A DNA stretch of 64,000 bases from Gammaproteobacteria bacterium (GTDB lineage Bacteria > Pseudomonadota > Gammaproteobacteria > Arenicellales > Poriferihabitantaceae). This document shows, piece after piece, positions 43,401 to 52,400 of this stretch. The number at the start of each line of letters is the position of its first letter. Within the stretch, counting starts at the first letter, position 1. The stretch lies in NCBI GenBank assembly GCA_030432755.1, contig JAUILZ010000003.1:195863-259862 (forward strand). The letters are read 5' to 3'. The notes under the pieces were generated by a model. It was not told the DNA's origin, did not search any database, and worked only from the letters and a program-made list of their open reading frames with translations. The translations under genes were made by a program, and so were the position numbers.

Positions 43401-46400
43401 TTCAGCACGTTCACAGTGACCGCTCCGCCCACCGCCACGGCGCCGGTGGAACCGGCGGCATAGGCGTCGATGGTGTTGATGCTGTCACTGGACACCGCAC
43501 TCACGCCGACGCCACGGATCGCCTCGGCCTGGCGCGCGCCGAGTACCTTGTTGAGTTCGTAGACGTTGGTCGGCGAGGTATCGATCTGGCTGTCATCCAG
43601 GTCGAGTTGTCCCGGGGATTCCATCGCGCCCACGTTGCCCTGGGCCGCCAGCGCGGTGGGAGCACCGCCAAGTGTCGTGCCGCCCAGCGCGCCGGTATTG
43701 ATCAACGCGCTGTCGCCGTTGGCATGGGCCTCGACGACGGAGTCGGTGTCGATGCGCGCGCGGGTCACGTTGTCGAAGATATTCACCGCCACGGCTCCAC
43801 CCACGCCCGCGGAACCGGCGGACGCGGCGAGGCCTACCGCCAGTTCGTCGAGGTCATTGTCGGCGTCGGCCCGCACCAGCAGGTTGTCGTCCGCCGCTAC
43901 CTGCGAATTGCTGATATAGGCGTCGGTCTCGCCGGCAAACTGTGAAATGGCAGCGGAACCGGATGCGGCGATCGCGTTGGAAGCTGCGACGCCGGCCACC
44001 AGGGTCTCGACGAAGTTGTCGGAATCCGCGTCCACGGCCACGCTGCCGCCGGTGGAGGCCACGTCGGCGTTGCTGATGCCGGCACGCGTAACGTTGCCGA
44101 TCTCGTTGTAGGCCGCGGAGATACCCAGCGCGACATTGCCCGCGACGCCGATGGCGCCGGACAGGCTGTGGATGGCGGAATCGTCCGTCGCCGACACGGC
44201 GATTTCATCAGCGGCGCGCACTGTATCCACGTCGCGCCCACCGGAAATTTCCGCACTGGTTTCATTGTTTACCTGGTTGAAGCTGAACGATCCCGCGCCC
44301 CCGTTGCCGCCGCTGGAGGCGCCAACGCCGATGGCGCCCGCCACGGCCCAGATGTCGGAATTGTTTTCTGCTTCCACGGAGAGCGCGCCACCGGCATCGA
44401 CCCGGCTGTCGGTCACCCGTGCGGCGGTCACACTTTCCACCTCGTTGATGGACAGGCCCGCGCCATAGCCTCCCCCGTTGCCTAGCGCCACGGAAATCGC
44501 GCCGCCCACGCCGATGATCTCGGCGTCGGTGGTGGCCTCGACATTGATATCGGACTCCGTCCGGACATCGGAATCCACCACCTGGGCTTCTGTCGCGCCG
44601 GTGATGCGGCTGTTGGCCACTGAGCCGGCGAGACCATTGGCGCCGCCGCTGCCGGTGGCCAGTGTACCGCCGGCGGCAATGCCGACGATGCGATTCGGAG
44701 ACGAGGGGTCACCGGAAGGCGTCAGAAGTCCCGCGGGCGTGCCGCTGCGAGCGATGACGTCCAGCGACTGCGCGTCTACCGAGGCATCCCGCACCTCGGC
44801 GGCGGTACGACCACCGATGTTGTTCTGCACGTAGGCGCCGGCGATGGAATTGTCGTTGCTGCCGGTGCCGATGGCGACTGCACCGGCGATGGCTGTGATG
44901 CTGCTGTCATTGCGTGCCTCGACCCGCGCGTCGCCGACCTCGACCAGTTCGCTACCCGCGTCAATGGCGGCCAGGGTGTCGTCCTCGATATCGCTGATCA
45001 CCACGTCGCCGGACACGCCAAGGCCGAAGTTGCCCTGGGATGAGGATTGTCCGCCCCCACTCTGCCCGCCACCCACGGAAATGCCGGACACCGCCACGGA
45101 CACGGCCAGCGCGTCGATGGTGCTGTTGTTGGTGGCATCGACGTTGACCTGCCCTGCATTGGTGATCTGCGAACCACCGGTAACGAGCGCGCTCGTGTCA
45201 CTGTCCATCTCGTTGACGGCAACCGATACTGACACCGCGTTGCCGGCCACCGCGACGCCACCTGCCAGCGTCTCTATCTGCGCGATATTGGCGGCGTTGA
45301 TATCCACCACGCCAGTGGTGTCGATATCCGTCCCGGTCACCCGCGCGCGGGTGGTGTTGGCAACGCGGTTGTAGGATCCCGCGCCGCCGACGCCGAGATT
45401 GCTGCCGAGCCCCACCGAACCGGCGAGGGAATGGATGCCGGCATCGTTGCGCGCATCGAGCGAAACGGAGGACGCGATCACCGTATTGGTATTGTCCACG
45501 AGCTCGGCTTCCGTGGTATTGCCAATGGTGTTGACGGAAACCGCGCCGGCGATGCTGTTCGGGTTACGCGCCACTGCCGCGGCCACGGCGTGGATATCGC
45601 CGAGGGACCAGGCGCCCAGTGTCAATGCGCCACCGGCAAGGACATCAGATTCGCCCACACGAGCACGCGTGGTCGAATCCACGTCGTTGAGCGCAATGCC
45701 CGCGCCGAGCCCCGCATTGGCGCCGCCAAACGAGAGCGCGCCGCCGATGCCGATGATGTCGAACTCGTCGGTTGCCGTCAGCGTCGTGTCTCCTCCCGCA
45801 ATGGTCGTCGCGCCGTCGATCAGCGCCGCCGTCTCTCCGCCCACGACATTGTGGGATACCGAACCGGCGAGGTTGTTCTGCCCGCCCTTGGCGCCACCCA
45901 CCGCGGCGGAAATGATCTGTCCGCCATGGCGCGCTTCGAGATCGAGCCCGCCGCCCGCCTGCAAGGTGGCGCCGTCCACCGACGCCCGGGTGACGTCATT
46001 GATCTCGCTGCGCGCGTAGGCGCCGGCCGCGCTCTGGCCGGTATTGCCTCCCGCCTGGAAGGCGCCGCCGATGGCGAGGATGTCGCTGTCGTTTTCCGCC
46101 AGCAACGTGGTATTGCCCGGAGTGTTGACGTTGCTGCCGCCACCAATCTCGGCGACAGTGGTTTTATGGACCTCGTTAAGCACCACGTCGCCGGAGATGT
46201 TCAGGCCGAAATTGGTGCCCTGTCCTCCGCTGGCGCCGAGCGGGTTGCCCGCGAAGGAACCGCCGGAAGGCCCGCCGCCGTTATCCGGCGAGCCACTGGC
46301 GATGCTGAAGGACAGCACGTCGATATCGTTGTCGGCATCCGCGTGCAACGACAGGGACTCCGCGTCGACGGACGAGCCATTGCCCACCAGCGCGTGCGCA

Positions 46401-49400
46401 TGACCGCCGATATCATTGATCGCCACGGAAGCGGAGACGTTGTCGCCGCCAGCGAGAACGAGGCCACCCACCAGGGTTTCGATGGTGTGGCTGGCACCAG
46501 CACTTGCGGACACGGCACCATCAACCAGCAATTCCGCGTTATCCAGCAACGCGGTCGCGCCGCCGTCCACCTGGTTGTAGGCGACGGACGCGCCAATGGC
46601 CGAGCTGTCGGTCTTGCTGATCTGTCCCGCGAGGGACTGGATGCTCGCGGTGTCGGTGGCGTTCAGGCTCACGGGTCCGGTGGTGTTGACGGTGGTGCTG
46701 TTACCGGCACCCCGCCGAATGCGTGATTCCACCGTGTTGCCGTTCTCGTTCCATGCCACCGCGCCCGTGAGCATGTTGTCGGAACCGCGGCCGATGGCGC
46801 CGGCGATGGCCTGGATCTCACCGTTGCTGGCGGCGTCGAGGGAGATCGCCCCGGTTTCCACCTGGCTGTCGTCGATGGCGGAGGTCACCTGGTTGTCGAG
46901 CACGTTGATCGCGATACCCGCACCCAGGCCACCACGCACGCCGCGACCGCCCGCGACGCTGGAATTGCTGCCGCTCTGGTTCACCGCGGCGCCGCCAATG
47001 GCGAACACGCCGGAGCCGTCCACCGCATCGAGGTCGACGTTGGCGACTTCGACGTCGGAGCGCTCGATGATCGCGCTGGTCTCGCTGTCGAAGCGGTTAT
47101 GGCTCACCGAACCGGCAATGTTGGAACCACCGCCGGAACTCACCGATGCGGCAATGGAGAAGATGTCTCCCGACCGCGCGGCGCGCAGGTCCAGGTCGTC
47201 CCGGGCCGTGACGGTGGCATGCGCCACGCGCGCCGCGGTGACACCACCGATGTTCGCCTCGGCATAGGCGCCGGCGATCCCGGTGGGGCTGCCGCCGCCA
47301 GGGTTGTTGGCTCCGCTGCTGCGGCTGTTCTGCACCGCGCCGGCGATGACGTCGATGTCGTTGTCGCTCGTGGCGACGAGCGTCACGCCTGCTGCGCTGT
47401 CGACATCGCTGCCTTCGTCGATGCGCGCGGTGGTGGCGTCGTCGATCGTGTTGATGGCAACATCGCCCGAGACACCGATGCCGAAATTGGTGCCCTGTCC
47501 GCCCGCGGGAGAAGTCGGCATGCCGCCGCCATACGCGCCGCCGCCGGAACTGCTGCTACCACCACCGGCCGAAGAGTAGGTGAAGGCCAGCATCTGGATT
47601 TCACCGATGCTGTTGGCGAGAAGCAATGCGTCCCCAGCGGTGGTGAGCAACCGGCTGCCATCGGTAACGTAGGCATCGGTGGCGCTGCTGATCTCGTTGA
47701 TCGCGATGGATGCGGTGATGCCGTCGCTTTCCGCGAGGCCGAGTCCCACCACGAGGGCCTGGATGGCGGCATCGCTTTCGGCGTCGGCTGCGAATGCCGC
47801 CGCGTTGACATCGGCTATGCGAATACCGGCCCCGACCTGGTTGCCGATCTGGTTGTAGGCCAGCGAAGCGCCGATGGCGCTGGATTCCGTTTTCGTCACC
47901 TGGCCGGCGATCGCACCAATGATTGATGTGTCGCTCGCGCCCAGGGTCACGTTGCCGGCGGCGTTCACCGCGTTGGCGGCGATGGCGTCCTGGCGTATCT
48001 CTGCGCGGGTAACGTTGTTGATCTCGTTCCAGGCCACCGCCCCGCTGAGCATGTTGTCCGTGCCGTTGGCGATGGAACCGGCGATGGTCTCGATCTTGCC
48101 GGTGACCACGGCGTCAGCATCCACCGAGCCGGTGGCGATGTCGGAGTTGTCGATCTCCGCCAGTGTTTCATTGCCAATGGCATTGATGGCGATACCCGCG
48201 CCCACGCCGCCGCGCGCTTCGCGACCGCTGGCATAGGGGTTGGGCTGGCTGCCGCCCTGGTTCACCGCGGCGCCGCCGATGGAGAAGATGTTCGCTTCGT
48301 CGCGCGCGTCGAGATCGACGTTCGCGGCCACCACGTCACTTTCGCGAATGCGCGCGATGGTGCTGTTGCCGATCTCGTTGCTGGATACCGCTCCCGCGAG
48401 ATCCAGCGCGCCGCCCGTGGCGACGCTACCGGCGATATTGAAGATCTCACCACTCCGGGTGGCGGCCAGCGCGAGGTCGCCGGCGGCGTTCACCTCGGCG
48501 CTATCCACAACGGCGGAGGCATTGCCATCGATACGCGCGTCGCCGAAGGAGCCTGCGATGCCGGTACCCGACGGGTCGTTGGTCTTCTCGATGGCCCCGG
48601 CGATGGTATCGATGTCGCTGTGATTGTCCGCCGCCAGCGATACATCACCGCCGCTGTTCACCACGCTCTCAGCGTCGATTCGGGCGCTGGTGTCGTCCGC
48701 GATCATGTTGATCGCCACGTCGCCGGAGATGCCGACGCCGAAGTACTGCCCCTGGCCGTTGCGCGCGCCCAGGGAACCCAGGCCGCCCCCACCGACGGTG
48801 CCGCCCATGCCGCCCTGGGGATCGCCGTTGGAGGCGATGGTCGCCGCCAGCATCTGGATGGTGTTGTCCGCGTCGGCGAGCAGGTCCACGTTGCCGCCGG
48901 CGTCGATCACGGAGCCCGCGGTGATATAGGCATCGGTAGCGGTGGTAATGCGGTTGATCGCTACCGAACCGGTGGCACCGTCGCCACTCGAATTGGTGTA
49001 GCCGGCCACCAGGGTCTGGATGTCGGCGGCGTTGGTAGCGTCGATGTCGAGCGCGCCGGTGGTGATCACCGTGGCGTCGCTGATGCCCGCGGCGATGGTG
49101 TTGTCGATCTGGTTGTAGGCCACCGAGACGCCGATGGCGACGTTGGGATTGGCCGGGGCCGAGCCGCCGCTGTTGCTGGCGATGGCGCCCGCCACCGAGC
49201 GGATGCGCGAGGTGTCGTGGGCGTCCAGCGTGACGCCGGCGGCATTCACCGTCCTGGCCGTGCCGTTTCCTCCCTCGATGGTGGCAGTGACATTGTTGCC
49301 GATCTCGTTCCAGGTCAGGGCACCGCCCACGAGGTCCTGGGAGCCGCGCATGATGGACGCGGCAACGGCGTCGATGCTCGCGAGTGAGCCGGTGTCGAGA

Positions 49401-52400
49401 CGCAGTTGTCCGCTCACGTCGACCTGGCTGTTTTCTACCCGGGTCAATGTGTTGTTGCCGATGTCGTTAATCGACAGTCCGGCGCCGACGCCGCCCTCGT
49501 TGTTATACTGGTGACGTCCGACGCGCCGCATCATGCTGCTGTCGCTGGTCGACTGCGCCGCGCCGCCGACGGCGAAGATATCCGAGGTATCCGAGGCGCT
49601 GAGGTCGAGATCCCCGGTAACGTCGACGTCGGCATCGGTGATGCGCGCCTCGGTAAAGAAGAATTCCTGGGGAATGCCGAACGGATCGATGACTATATCC
49701 GCCGGGTCTATGACGATGGGATCGATGACCACGGGGTCGATAACCAGCGGATCGGTGCTCAGGTCGATGCCGCCCACCGGATCGAAGGCAATCAGGTTCT
49801 CGCCGATGGTATTGAGCGCCACGGACCCGACGAGATCGGTATCCGGGGAATTGCTGCCGCCCGCGGCGATGGCGAAGATCTCGCTGGTACGGGTCGCCTC
49901 CAGGTTCACGTTACCGCCCGCGGTGACGCTGGCGCCGGTGATATTCGCCGAGGTGGCGCCGTTGACGATGTTGCGCGTGAACGCGCCCACCAGGCCGGTA
50001 TTGTTGGCGTTCTGCGACGACGTGAAACCGCCGCCCGAGTTGCGCGAACGGGTGACCGACCCCGCGAGGGCGAAGATGCCGCTGTCATTGCTGGCGCCCA
50101 GGTTGACGTTGCCCGGCGTATTCACCGAGGCGGCGCCATTGATGCCGGCGATGGTGTCGTCGGTGACCGAGTTCCAGGACACGTCGGCGGACACGTTGAG
50201 CCCGTTACCCTGGCCGTAGCCACGGTAGCCACTCGGGCTACCGTAGATGCTCGTACCGCCACCCGTGTTGCCGCTCGAGTTGCCCTGCTGCAGGATGCTC
50301 GCGGTATAACTGCGGATATCGCCACTCGATGTCGCTTCGAGCGTCACGTTGTCGGCGTGCACCGATCCCGCGCTCGCGGTTTCATCCTCGAGCACGCCGA
50401 TCACCGCTACCGCACGGCGGTCCATGTCGTTGACCGAGATCGCGCCGGCAATACGGTCGCTGGTGGGTACGGTACTGCCGCCGCCGTAACCGCCGGACGG
50501 ACGTGTGGCGTCCTCGAGGTTGGCCACCGCGATGTTGATATTGCCGCGCAGCAGGCCGTTGATCGGGTCCACCGGATCGCGCACCGTACTGTTGTTCGCG
50601 CTCAGTGAAACGTCGCGGGCCGTCACCGTGGCGCCGTCACGTACCTGGGCCACGCTGTCGCTGTCGACGTCGGTGAGGGAAACCGCTCCCTTGACGCCGT
50701 ACTTTTCCGCCGGTCCGGAGGAGATCGTGAGCGACAGATTGCTGAACTCCGCGTTGCTGTCGACGTTTAGTTCGTCGACGTTGACGAGCGCACCGTTGCC
50801 TACCTTCGCCGCCGCGTTGTTGACAAGGTTGAAGTCGTGGTAGCTGCTGCCCACGCCGGTGGTGTCGCGGCTTTCGCGATCGACGCCGAGGAAGGACTTC
50901 TTCGTCGTGCCCTCGGGCAGCGCGCCAACGTTACCGGTGAGGTTGACCGTTTCCACCAGCGCATTGGCCGTCAGCATCAGGTTCTGGTCCGGCGCGGCGC
51001 TCGCGCTGCCCTGGTTGATGCGCACGTTGTCGCCGACGATGGCATTTGCCACGTTGCCGATGTTGAGGATGTTGGCCGAGCCGGCGATGCCGAGGCGTTC
51101 GTCGGTGCCGTTCTTCAGCCCGTGCGCCTTGGCGGAGGTCGTTACCAGTCCCGCGAGTATGTCACCCTCGTTGACCAGGTCCTCGCGGAACTCCGCGAAT
51201 TCCTCCTTGATCTCGCCGGTCTCGGAGAGCGTGTCAAGCGACAGCTCCAGATTGGTGAGGTCGGTGAGGTCCGGCATCTCCGGCCAGTCGATGCCGGCAT
51301 TGGGGAAGCGCGCGTCCGCCGTCACCGCGATCTGCCCGCCGGCGTCCACCGATGCGCCTTCGCCGATGCCGGCATTGGCGCTGTTGTCGTGGTTGCTGAC
51401 GATCAACGCCACGTTGCGAGTGGCGTCCTGGTCGCGCGAAGTGGTGCTGCCACCGGTATGACGCACAATGCGCGTGTGCGCAAAATGCTGGACGTCCTCG
51501 TCGCGGGTGTTCGCCTCCACGGTCACCGCGCCGTTGCTGGTGACGATGGCGTCCGCAAGGATGTCCGCGTTGGCGACCAGCGAATGATCCGAAAAACCCT
51601 GGGCGCCGGGCACCTGGTGGCGCAGCAGGCGCGCGGTGGCCTCGTCGGTGAGGTCGGGCCCGCCTACCGCTGTGGACACGGCGTCGAGTCCCGTTGGGTC
51701 AACCCGAAGATCGATACCGATGGCCTCTCCGACGAAGAACCGGTTGATCTCCTCGAGCACGTCCTGGGAGGCCTGGCGGCCGCCCACCACCGTGGGATCG
51801 GTCTTGTTGAAGATGTCGTTGGCCTGGCCCCTGAAGCCCGACAGAACGCCGGTTGTGGCGGAACTGCTGGTGGCGTTGGCGGTGACCGTCACGTTGTCCG
51901 CATTGACACTGCCGCCGAGAGCCGCGGTTGTCGTGTTGTCGGCGAATGACAACCCGACGGCCTGGCGCAGCGTACCGTCGACGAAATGATTGGCGGTGGA
52001 GGACAGCAATGTGCTGCGATCCGAAGTCGCTCCCACCCCGAGATCTGCGACGGCGGTCGTGGTGACGCTGCCGTCGATGCTGGCGCGCGACGTTGACTGG
52101 GTCTCCGCCACCGCCAGGGTCGCGTCATAGGTGCGGTCGAGTCCCGTCGGGCGGGTGCGCGCGGTGCGCAGCGCGCCTGTCTTCACCACCGTGGTGTTCC
52201 CGGTATTGCTGCGTACCTCGATCGCCCCGCCAGACTCGAGCACCGCGTCGTTGTTGATGTCCACCGTCGCCACGGTGCGGGTCTCGCCGTAGGCCACGGC
52301 CAGGGCCTCGCCGAATTCCTGCAGGCGCTCGCCCGGGTTGTCCGGATCCTCGATGCTGCCGAAGTACACCGAGGCCTTCGCCTCGGCATCGATGCTGGTA

